DNA of 64,000 nucleotides from positions 7,021 to 71,020 of IMG/VR virus record IMGVR_UViG_2974630626_000001, one strand, 5' to 3'. Of the stretch, positions 18,801 through 26,039 are shown piece after piece (positions within the stretch are counted from its first letter, which is position 1; each line of letters begins with the position of its first letter). This stretch comes from a virus (Duplodnaviria; Caudoviricetes). The notes under the pieces are model-generated. The model searched no databases and was not told where the DNA came from. It worked only from the letters and a program-made list of their open reading frames with translations. The translations under genes and the position numbers were made by a program.

Positions 18801-19539
18801 GGGCGTCCCCACGGCGTCCGCCACGCAGACCGGCCTCATGTCGTCCGCTGCCTACAACGTCCTTTATGGCGCCACGGCGGTCTACGACACCGGGAACATT
18901 GTCATGCGTGACAACAACGGCAATATCCAGATCAACCGGCCCACCGCTGACATTCACGGCGCTAACAAGCTCTACGTTGACGACCAGATGAACGCCGCCC
19001 GGGCCGGAAAGCTGGACGTTGCCACGTTCACGGCGGCTATCAGCACGAGTGCCACCGCCCGGGCTATCCGGTCCCCTAACGTCGGTTCGTGGATGACTTT
19101 CTACGACAACGGCGTGGTGGAAGCTCCCACGATCTACAGCACGAACGCCGCGAGCGGATCCAACTTCCGGGCCGTGTGGGTGAACTCCACGGGCGGCCTT
19201 GGTTACAACCTGTCGTCTGAGAAATTCAAGACCAACATTCGTGCCTATGAGGTGCCGCTGGAAGTCCTGGACCAGGTGGAACCCAAGCGTTTCCAGTACA
19301 AGGAAAACGTGGAAGAAATGGGCGACGCCGCCCCGTGGCGGGTGAACTTCCTTGCCGAGGATATTCACGACGCCGGACTAACCGAGTACGTCAGCTACGA
19401 CGGCGAGGGCACCGAGCGGGAGAACTGCCAAACGATCAACGAACAACTCATGGTCAATGCGCTTTGGTCCTTTGCCCGTCAACAGCGGGACCAAATCACC
19501 AAGCTGCAGGACCAACTCAACGAATTGGCGGCTAGCTGA
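17227..19539 (+). CDS. Tail fibre with C-terminal intramolecular chaperone (peptidase S74-like)
   Basis: Nine HTH motifs; LSSEKFKTNI (S-x3-K) then VNFLAEDI and a terminal coiled coil. Confidence 0.85.
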   Translation: MAVSNSPRLGLEQYSSGADPHPGRVKSNDRVALLEALVAVAQQGTTAQRPAAGKARAFYWDTTVDRLYFDNGTTWKEVTTNGGGGAGSAIVPGAAAVEGTSGRSARADHTHSLPLATAAVDGAMSKTDKAKLDAANSLPTPSTLVMLDANGRTQVAAPSAAGDTANKSYVDTQVGTKANTSHTHAAADITSGTFATARIPVGTTAAPGSMSAADKTKLDAASAAATPSTIVMLDANGRAQVATPALAAEITNKSYVDTQVATKANTSHTHAWADITSGVPTTFTPAAHTHAAADVTSGTFAAARLPAATGAAAGSMSAADKTKLDNATALATPSTLVMLDASGRAAVAAPSGGGDIANKTYVDAQVATRAASSHTHPWTQITSLPASFTPSAHTHVWADLTDAPATFTPSAHTHSATDINTGTLSAARLPAASGATAGSMSAADKTKLDNASAAATANTLVLLDAAGRAQVAAPSVAADIANKSYVDSVASGKAATTHTHTWAQITNPPATYAPSAHTHPWADITGVPTASATQTGLMSSAAYNVLYGATAVYDTGNIVMRDNNGNIQINRPTADIHGANKLYVDDQMNAARAGKLDVATFTAAISTSATARAIRSPNVGSWMTFYDNGVVEAPTIYSTNAASGSNFRAVWVNSTGGLGYNLSSEKFKTNIRAYEVPLEVLDQVEPKRFQYKENVEEMGDAAPWRVNFLAEDIHDAGLTEYVSYDGEGTERENCQTINEQLMVNALWSFARQQRDQITKLQDQLNELAAS

Positions 19540-19832
19540 TGTTCTCCGATATCCCAGCATGGATCGGCACCGACTTGACCCCTTGGGCAATTGTGGGGCT
19601 GGTTGTGATTTCGATCCTCACGGGCCGGTTCCTGGTTCCAAAGCTCTACTACAACGAAATCAAGGCTGACCGGGATTCCTGGAAGGCCATAGCCGAGTCC
19701 CTGACTGGCGACGTGGGCACCATTGCCCGGGCGCTTCCCGGCGTCCTGGAGGTGGGCAAGTCCATGGATAAGGTCATGACCGCCGTTAGGGAGAAGACGC
19801 AAGCAGACGCCGAAACGGGGGTAGGCGAGTGA
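19539..19832 (+). CDS. Membrane protein (holin-like)
   Basis: One N-terminal TM (LTPWAIVGLVVISILTG) followed by a coiled segment. Confidence 0.65.
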   Translation: MFSDIPAWIGTDLTPWAIVGLVVISILTGRFLVPKLYYNEIKADRDSWKAIAESLTGDVGTIARALPGVLEVGKSMDKVMTAVREKTQADAETGVGE

Positions 19833-20047
19833 ATGCATTTCTCAGCAAGCTGTTTGGTTGGCACAAGTACCACGTAACGGACGCCGATAAAGAGGTGACG
19901 TCCGCAGCCGTGGTGGAAGCGGCACAGGTCAGGCAGTTGGCTGACGCCCTCCATACCGAATCAATCCATGTGGGCGCCCGTCAGCGCACCATTCGGGAGG
20001 AAAACCACTGGACCAAGGGTCTGGAAGCTGTCTTTAGGGGGACATGA
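19829..20047 (+). CDS. Hypothetical lysis-cassette protein
   Basis: GTGA-coupled 72-aa ORF. Confidence 0.6.
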   Translation: MNAFLSKLFGWHKYHVTDADKEVTSAAVVEAAQVRQLADALHTESIHVGARQRTIREENHWTKGLEAVFRGT

Positions 20048-20451
20048 TGAAAAAGGAAATTGGCGTCGGCGTGGGCGTGATGATGCTGGCAGCAATCACG
20101 TTCATGTTCACCGAACACACGACGGTGACCGTGGTCTTGCTTGTCATTCTGGCAAGCTCGCTGGCTGTCCTGACGTACTACTACATGCGCCGAGCTCGCT
20201 GGCAGCACTACCCAGCGGGGCGCGTCTTTCTGTATCTGATTTGGTCTTTTGACTCGCTTATTATCTTCCTGCTGTTCAGCCGGCTGGTGGATTCGCGAGA
20301 GGTCCGAATCACTGTTTACAACGTCCTGATAGCTGGCCTCATTGCGGCTATCTGGCTCATTACTGGCACGTTTTGGAAAGCCCAACGGCGTGCCCGTTTG
20401 GAACGGCTGCGTAAGGCAGCACTCAACGAGAAAGAGGAAAACCAGCCATGA
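20044..20451 (+). CDS. Multi-pass membrane protein (holin candidate)
   Basis: About four hydrophobic segments and a basic C-terminus; coupled to the endolysin gene. Confidence 0.7.
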   Translation: MMKKEIGVGVGVMMLAAITFMFTEHTTVTVVLLVILASSLAVLTYYYMRRARWQHYPAGRVFLYLIWSFDSLIIFLLFSRLVDSREVRITVYNVLIAGLIAAIWLITGTFWKAQRRARLERLRKAALNEKEENQP

Positions 20452-22103
20452 CCCTCACAGCCTCACAGGAACGGTTCCTTACCGGCGCTGCCGGGAACTA
20501 CTACGACCCGGACGGGGTGTATGCATTCCAGTGCGTAGACACCGCCATTGCCTACGCCATGGCGTGCTACCCGGAGGTGTCGTGGGAAACCACGTTTGGC
20601 CGCGGCAACGCCAAGGACCACTACCCCAAGAGCAACGCCTATTTTGATTCGATCCCCAACATTGTGGGTGACCTCAACAGCTACCCGCAGCGCGGTGACA
20701 TTGTGATTTGGGGCGGCGACAACTGGAACCCCTACGGGCACATTGCCGTGGTGCTGTGGGCTGACGCCTACAGCATGACCGTGCTGCAACAGAACGCTGA
20801 CGGTTCCGGGCGGCTTCCCACGCAGAAAGCCACCGTGGGCTATGTGATCCCCGGCGCTGGCGGCGTCGTTGGCTGGCTGCGTCCCAAGGTGTCCGGCACG
20901 ACCGCGCCGGCGCTCCCGGCCCCGGCCACGGGCACGCTCAACGGCATTGACATTTCCATGCACCAGGGCAGCGCGTTGAACATTCGCGGCACGGGTGCGC
21001 AGTTCGTTGGCATCAAGGCCACCGAGGGCGGCGGGTACACGGACCCGGAGTATGTGAACAACGTGGGCAAGGCGCGCCGCGACGGGCTGCCCATCCTTCA
21101 CTACCACTTCGCCCGTCCCTACGCCGATACCGGCAACACCCCACAGGCGGAAGCGGACTGGTTCCTTTCCGTGGTGCGCCCCTACATCGGCCCGGACGAC
21201 ATTCTTGTCCTGGACTTCGAGGCAGAGAACACGCACCGCACCGATTGGGCCAATGACTGGCTGGACCTCGTGGCCGCGGCCACGGAAAAGCGCCCCTGGC
21301 TCTACGCCAACCAGACCGTGGCGAACCAGCCCGGCTGGGACGTGGTGAAAGCCAAGTATCCGCTGTGGTGCGCCCGTTACCCGCTGCCTGTCGTCCAGTC
21401 ATGGTCCCCGCTCAACGCACCGCCGAGCGTTCCAGGCTGGAACCTTGTCATGTGGCAGTACAGCCAGAGCGGCCGGCTGCCCGGTTACGGCGGCGACCTG
21501 GACCTGAATGTGTTCTACGGCGACATGGCCGCGTGGCAGACGTTGGCAGCCGGTGGCCGGTGGGTGGCTATCCTTCCTCCCACGACCACGGCGCCGCCTG
21601 TTGCCGGGACTCCGACGCAGTGCATTGTTGAGCCCGGGGACACGCTCACGGCCATTGCTGCGCAGTTCGGCACGACGGTGGACGCCATTGTGGCTATCAA
21701 CCCGGGGCTGAACGCTGACCTGATCTACCCGGGGCAGGTCTTGAACCTCCCGGGCGGTGGTCCGCTGCAACAGCCGGGTGCCGTGTCTCAGTGCATCGTG
21801 GATGCCGGGGACACCCTGGCCGGGATTGCCGAACAGTTCGGGGTGGACCTCAACGCGCTGGTGGCGCTCAACGGTATTGCCAACCCCAACCTGATCTACC
21901 CCGGTCAGTTGCTCAATCTGCCCACGCAGACGGCCAAGGCAGCCCCGGCCCCGTCCGGGGTGTCTCAGGTGATCGTGGATCCCGGCGACACCTTGGGCGG
22001 TATCGCCTCTCAGTTCGGCGTCAACGTCAATGACCTGGCCCGGGTCAACGGCATCACCAACCCGGACTATATCCAGGCTGGCCAAGTTCTCAACCTCCCG
22101 TAA
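20448..22103 (+). CDS. Endolysin: CHAP + GH25 muramidase + 3 LysM
   Basis: QCVD/PYGHIAVV CHAP; GIDISMHQG, IKATEG, LDFE, WQYS, DLDLN GH25; three VxPGDTL..IA.QFG...NP.LI.PGQ.LNLP repeats. Confidence 0.95.
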   Translation: MTLTASQERFLTGAAGNYYDPDGVYAFQCVDTAIAYAMACYPEVSWETTFGRGNAKDHYPKSNAYFDSIPNIVGDLNSYPQRGDIVIWGGDNWNPYGHIAVVLWADAYSMTVLQQNADGSGRLPTQKATVGYVIPGAGGVVGWLRPKVSGTTAPALPAPATGTLNGIDISMHQGSALNIRGTGAQFVGIKATEGGGYTDPEYVNNVGKARRDGLPILHYHFARPYADTGNTPQAEADWFLSVVRPYIGPDDILVLDFEAENTHRTDWANDWLDLVAAATEKRPWLYANQTVANQPGWDVVKAKYPLWCARYPLPVVQSWSPLNAPPSVPGWNLVMWQYSQSGRLPGYGGDLDLNVFYGDMAAWQTLAAGGRWVAILPPTTTAPPVAGTPTQCIVEPGDTLTAIAAQFGTTVDAIVAINPGLNADLIYPGQVLNLPGGGPLQQPGAVSQCIVDAGDTLAGIAEQFGVDLNALVALNGIANPNLIYPGQLLNLPTQTAKAAPAPSGVSQVIVDPGDTLGGIASQFGVNVNDLARVNGITNPDYIQAGQVLNLP

Positions 22104-22121
22104 GAAAGGGATAAATCAATC

Positions 22122-22577
22122 ATGATTGTTTTCGACGTTCCCCAGTGGCAGTTCTTTGTTCAGTTATTCGGCGGCACGGTCATGACCCTGTTGGTGGGTC
22201 TTGTGACCACTCGCGTGACCCAGCCCGGGACGCGTGGCATCCTGTTGGCGGCGCTGTCGGTGCTGTCGTCCATCGTCACCGAGCTTGTGGCGGCGCTACA
22301 GACCAACACGCCCTACAACTTGGGCACCGCGCTGGCGTTCGGCCTCTTGACGTTCCTTGTGGCCGTTGGCACCCATTACGGTCTGCTCAAGCACACCAAC
22401 CTTGAAACGGCAGCACAGAACACCCTTGTTACGGCGTCCGCTGCCGAGGTCCGCGCACATGAACAAGCTCAAGCCCTGGAACTGCTTGCCAAGGCTGGCG
22501 TCAAGACTCAGGCCACTTCCCCTGACGGCGCGATTCCCGCTATCAAGTACGAACCCCGCCACAGCACCCGCGAGTAG
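22122..22577 (+). CDS. Holin
   Basis: Three hydrophobic segments; directly follows the endolysin gene. Confidence 0.7.
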   Translation: MIVFDVPQWQFFVQLFGGTVMTLLVGLVTTRVTQPGTRGILLAALSVLSSIVTELVAALQTNTPYNLGTALAFGLLTFLVAVGTHYGLLKHTNLETAAQNTLVTASAAEVRAHEQAQALELLAKAGVKTQATSPDGAIPAIKYEPRHSTRE

Positions 22578-22586
22578 GCGAGCATG

Positions 22587-22622
22587 AGAAAAGCCCCCAG
22601 CCAATCGGCTGGGGGCTTTTCT
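22587..22622. terminator. Bidirectional intrinsic terminator
   Basis: AGAAAAGCCCCCAGCC-AATC-GGCTGGGGGCTTTTCT perfect 16-bp stem between convergent genes. Confidence 0.85.
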
Positions 22623-22630
22623 GTTGGGGG

Positions 22631-22840
22631 CTAGTGGACGGTCACCCATTCCATGCATGTCTGTATGAGTTCGTCATACGTTCCCTTGAGGGCTTGGTCA
22701 AAGAACTGCTTGGCTTCCTCACGGTGCCCCGCCCTCTCAAGGGCTTTGCGGACCCGGGCGACGATAAAGAACGCGTTGCCGTCTTCCCCGGTTAGCTGGA
22801 CCTCAACGTCGGGGAACTTGGGGTCTGTGGTGGTGGTCAT
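22631..22840 (-). CDS. Hypothetical 69-aa protein (GEDGNAF family)
   Basis: Compact helical ORF, SD GAAAGG; end of the leftward island. Confidence 0.75.
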   Translation of the reverse strand: MTTTTDPKFPDVEVQLTGEDGNAFFIVARVRKALERAGHREEAKQFFDQALKGTYDELIQTCMEWVTVH

Positions 22841-22854
22841 CGCTGGCGGCCTTT

Positions 22855-23310
22855 CTAGAGTTTTCGGACTTCCACGCGGAACCGCTGGCCGTCAATGTCC
22901 ATGGTCAGCGAGGGGTGCGCGGCGTCGGCGTCGGGGGTGAATTCGGTACTCTCTGCCGTCCCCCATTGGCATTCGTCATGGCTCATTTCGAGCATGGCGT
23001 GGAGTATGTCCCGGACTTGTTCGGGGGTGGACGGTGGCGGGGCTTGCCATGGGTCAAAGGTGGCGTTGAACCGGGCACTGAACTGCTGGTAAACCGCTGA
23101 GTCAAAGGCGGCTTGGGCGTCCTTGGTGGGCTGGTCCTGCGGCGCATGGTTGGCGAGGCATTCCCACACGTCCATGTGGGCGTCCAGCGCCGCCGAGGGG
23201 TAAGCGTGGGCCGGGACTTCCCCGGTGTCCATAAGGCGCTTCACGTCCGCGAGCATGCCGTCCACTGCCTTGGCTATGACTTCCTGCTGGTCCATGGTCA
23301 GTTGGTCCAA
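22855..23310 (-). CDS. Hypothetical protein
   Basis: 151 aa acidic ORF; start TTG 23310 or ATG 23295. Confidence 0.7.
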   Translation of the reverse strand: MDQLTMDQQEVIAKAVDGMLADVKRLMDTGEVPAHAYPSAALDAHMDVWECLANHAPQDQPTKDAQAAFDSAVYQQFSARFNATFDPWQAPPPSTPEQVRDILHAMLEMSHDECQWGTAESTEFTPDADAAHPSLTMDIDGQRFRVEVRKL

Positions 23311-23582
23311 ACCTGCAGGGTGTCGTCAGCCTCTACCTGGAGTATCTGACGGATGCCCTCCACTTCCAAGCCCCAGCGGTCACCGAGCGGGTAGCTTGCC
23401 GTCACGACCTTGGCCATGTTGGGGGATTCGGTGGTGAACACCTTGTCGCCGGGTACGATTTCGCTTGCTTTCTTGGTGTTTTTCATGGCTGCTTTCCTTT
23501 GTTTGTCGTGGCGAATTGCTGATGGGAGGGCTATGGCGAGGCCGCATATCGCGACCAACACCACGATTGTGAGGGCGTGCAC
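23298..23582 (-). CDS. Hypothetical SH3-like small protein
   Basis: KASEIVPGDKV motif. Start is GTG 23582 (adds a TM anchor) or ATG 23486 (SD AAGGAAA). Confidence 0.65.
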   Translation of the reverse strand: MHALTIVVLVAICGLAIALPSAIRHDKQRKAAMKNTKKASEIVPGDKVFTTESPNMAKVVTASYPLGDRWGLEVEGIRQILQVEADDTLQVWTN

Positions 23583-23584
23583 GG

Positions 23585-24187
23585 TTAGACCTCAACGGCC
23601 CAAGTGCAACGGTCATTGGACTGGACTTGCCACGTCCGGGTGCCGTCTTCCGCGCGCCCCATGTAGCTGTTCGGGAAGCCGTTGGACACCGCTTCCTCCG
23701 GGTTCAGGACGGTGCCCGTGGAGTAGTAGACAAGCGGGGCGTGGCCCTCAGCTTTGAGGGATTCCTCTTGCCCGTAGGCGGGGGCGGTGAAGACCTCAGC
23801 CAAGCGGACGCGAAGCTGGTAGGCGTGCACCACGTCCCCCCGCTTGAGTTCCGAGGCTTTGACGGTCTTGGTGGCTGGGGCTGCCTCACCCTTGCGTTCG
23901 CGGTAGGCTGCGGCGGCTTCAGCCGCGATAGTGGCGGCGGACGTGTGGGGTTCGATCCATACGGCGTCGGAGTCTTCCTCGCCGTCTGCCGTGTAGAACC
24001 CGTAAGACAGTTCGGTGGTGTCGAATCCCTCACCGATAACGCCCGGGCCAACCTGCAACGCGCCGCCGTCAACGATCAGGGTAGCGCAGCCGCCGCCCGT
24101 GTCTTCCACGGCGGCGTTGATGCCCTCAGCGGCAAAGGCTTCGATCAGTTCGGAGAACGTAATTTCGGTGCTGAATTCGGTAGACAT
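23585..24187 (-). CDS. Hypothetical early protein (200 aa)
   Basis: SD GAAAGGG; first gene after the TTGCAT/TACATT promoter; C-terminal KASELKRGDVV motif. Confidence 0.8.
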   Translation of the reverse strand: MSTEFSTEITFSELIEAFAAEGINAAVEDTGGGCATLIVDGGALQVGPGVIGEGFDTTELSYGFYTADGEEDSDAVWIEPHTSAATIAAEAAAAYRERKGEAAPATKTVKASELKRGDVVHAYQLRVRLAEVFTAPAYGQEESLKAEGHAPLVYYSTGTVLNPEEAVSNGFPNSYMGRAEDGTRTWQVQSNDRCTWAVEV

Positions 24188-24225
24188 TTCTTACCCTTTC
24201 GTTGTGGCTGGTTGCTACAGAAAGA

Positions 24226-24255
24226 AATGTAGCACCCCGCTACAGACTTATGCAA
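24226..24255 (-). promoter_or_regulatory. sigA-like promoter with palindromic operator in spacer
   Basis: Minus strand TTGCAT-N18-TACATT. Operator TGTAGCACCCCGCTACA at 24228-24244; degenerate copy TGTGGCTGGTTGCTACA at 24203-24219. Confidence 0.8.
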
Positions 24256-24466
24256 CCTTTGCGAATCCACCGGGCTTGCCCGTGCGCTGGACATGCTCAA
24301 TGAACGGTTGGATTGTCTGCGGCTTCCACCCCGGGGAATGACTGATTTCAAAGTCAGGCACGGGCATGAGGCCGCGCATTTTCCAAGCTCGCACAGCCTT
24401 GGGTTCCACATGGAGGGTTTTGGCTATCAGGTTGTAGTCCACGAGGCGAACAGGTTTCTTGGGCAT
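24248..24466 (-). CDS. Small HTH DNA-binding protein (MerR/AlpA/excisionase-like)
   Basis: LVDYNLIAKTLHVEPKAVRAWKMRGLMPVPD...GW; SD GAAAGG; flanked by two operator copies. Confidence 0.8.
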   Translation of the reverse strand: MPKKPVRLVDYNLIAKTLHVEPKAVRAWKMRGLMPVPDFEISHSPGWKPQTIQPFIEHVQRTGKPGGFAKVA

Positions 24467-24496
24467 GGGGTGCCTTTCGGTAGTTGTGGTCATTCA

Positions 24497-24525
24497 ACTG
24501 TAGCGGGGTGCTACTAGAGCCGCAA
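24497..24525 (-). promoter_or_regulatory. sigA-like promoter of HTH gene overlapped by operator
   Basis: Minus strand TTGCGG-N17-TACAGT; operator TGTAGCGGGGTGCTACT at 24499-24515. Confidence 0.7.
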
Positions 24526-24533
24526 CGGCGCAC

Positions 24534-24567
24534 CGTCCCACAGCCGCCCCGCCCCGGCTGCCATGCT
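24534..24567 (+). promoter_or_regulatory. Late-type promoter, leaderless geometry
   Basis: CGTCCCACAG-N18-CATGCT-N6-ATG(24574). Confidence 0.7.
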
Positions 24568-24573
24568 TGCGCC

Positions 24574-24915
24574 ATGGCTACTGGTCCCCTCTCTATACCC
24601 TTCCGGCTGAACCCGGACGGCACCGCCGCCACGGTGGGCTATGGCACTGACCGCGAGGTTGACGAAGCCATTGTGGCTTTGGTGCTGACCCACATGGGCG
24701 AGCGGCAAATGAACCCGGCCTTTGGCGTGCCCGATCCTGCTTTTGCGGGGTTGGACACGGGCGATATTCAGGTGGGCTTGGACCAGTACGGACCAGCCGG
24801 AATAACCATTCAATCGGTCACCAGCGAGCCGGTAGACGGCTCTGACCAGGTTGTGCGCGCCGTCGTGGCGTGGCAACGCGATTCTGACGGAACAGGAACC
24901 CAAAACAATGGCTGA
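24574..24915 (+). CDS. Baseplate wedge protein (gp25/gpW-like)
   Basis: PFRL...LT..GER.M.P.FG motif. Confidence 0.85.
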   Translation: MATGPLSIPFRLNPDGTAATVGYGTDREVDEAIVALVLTHMGERQMNPAFGVPDPAFAGLDTGDIQVGLDQYGPAGITIQSVTSEPVDGSDQVVRAVVAWQRDSDGTGTQNNG

Positions 24916-26029
24916 CGTACCCGAATACGAGGCGTTGAACCTGCTCAACTACGGCACGGAACCGGACCTTGTGGCGGCGGCGACGGCCTACGCCATGGCC
25001 GCACTGCCGGAATGGCAGCCACGCACGGGCAACACTGAAATGGTCCTCATTGAGTCCCTGGCGGTGATGCTGGGGCCGGAAATTCTGGCTATCCAAATGC
25101 TGCCCGGGCAGATCGTGGAACAGTTGATGAAGCTCTACGGTGTGGCCCGGAACCCGGGCGCGCCTGTCACGGGCCGGGTCCAGTTCACGGTTACGAACAG
25201 TGCCCCCACGCAGACCATACCGGCTGGCACGAGGCTGCGGCTTCCGATCCCCGGCACGGGCGAAACCGTGGATTTCCTGACCAAGGACCAGCTGGAAATC
25301 ATCGTTTCCGAGGGCACCACCGGGCAAGTGGACGTGTACTCCGAATACTTGGGCGCGGTGGGCAACTCCACCCCGGGCGGCACGACCATGGAAGTTGTGG
25401 ACACCCTGCAATTCGTTGAGGGTGTCGTCACCGTTGGTGCCCTGTCTGGTGGCGCTGGCCCGGAAGCTGACCAAGAGTTCCAGGGGCGCGCGTCCGCGAC
25501 GCTGGCCCGGTTGACCTCCACGCTGGTGCTGCCGGAATCCTTCCAGTTCGCTGCCGCGTCCCGGCCCGAGGTGGGGCGCGCTAAGGTCTTTGACCTCTAC
25601 AACCCGGCCCAACCGCTGGTGAACCCCGCCGTGGGCTATGTGACCGTGGCCCTGGCCGACGCCAACGGCGCCGCGCTGCCCGGAACCGTGACAGCGGATA
25701 TTGCAAGCTGGCTGGCCGGTCAGGCGTTGAGCTCGCTCAAGGTCAGCGTCATTGACCCCACTTACACCACGGTGAATATCACCGTGAGCGTGAAAGCGTC
25801 CTTTGGGTTCACCGCGGCACAGGTCCAGGCGAACGTTGCGGCCACCCTTGCTGACTGGCTGAACGCCAAGACGTGGGACTGGAACCCCGTGGTGGGCCAA
25901 TACGCGATTGTGGCCAAGGTGGCTGCCACCGCTGGCGTGGCTGAGGTGACCAGCGCCCCGGCGAACATTGCACTTGCTGGCAAGGCGCCGTTGCCGATTC
26001 TTGGCACGGTCACCGTGAACGTGGTCTAA
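24908..26029 (+). CDS. Baseplate J-like protein
   Basis: ARNPGAPVTGRVQFT, IPAGTRL, GGAGPEADQEF, GYVTVALAD motifs. Confidence 0.9.
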   Translation: MADVPEYEALNLLNYGTEPDLVAAATAYAMAALPEWQPRTGNTEMVLIESLAVMLGPEILAIQMLPGQIVEQLMKLYGVARNPGAPVTGRVQFTVTNSAPTQTIPAGTRLRLPIPGTGETVDFLTKDQLEIIVSEGTTGQVDVYSEYLGAVGNSTPGGTTMEVVDTLQFVEGVVTVGALSGGAGPEADQEFQGRASATLARLTSTLVLPESFQFAAASRPEVGRAKVFDLYNPAQPLVNPAVGYVTVALADANGAALPGTVTADIASWLAGQALSSLKVSVIDPTYTTVNITVSVKASFGFTAAQVQANVAATLADWLNAKTWDWNPVVGQYAIVAKVAATAGVAEVTSAPANIALAGKAPLPILGTVTVNVV

Positions 26030-26039
26030 GGGGACTGGC

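Noticed and set aside
15491-18830. Diversity-generating retroelement suggested by repeated fibre segments
   Set aside because: No reverse transcriptase in the window, differences are not adenine-specific, and all copies are within coding frames.
24248-24493. ORF-track start at 24493 for the HTH gene; excisionase of an integration module
   Set aside because: That ATG is only 3 nt from the predicted -10, while ATG 24466 has an SD. No integrase or att-like repeat is seen nearby.
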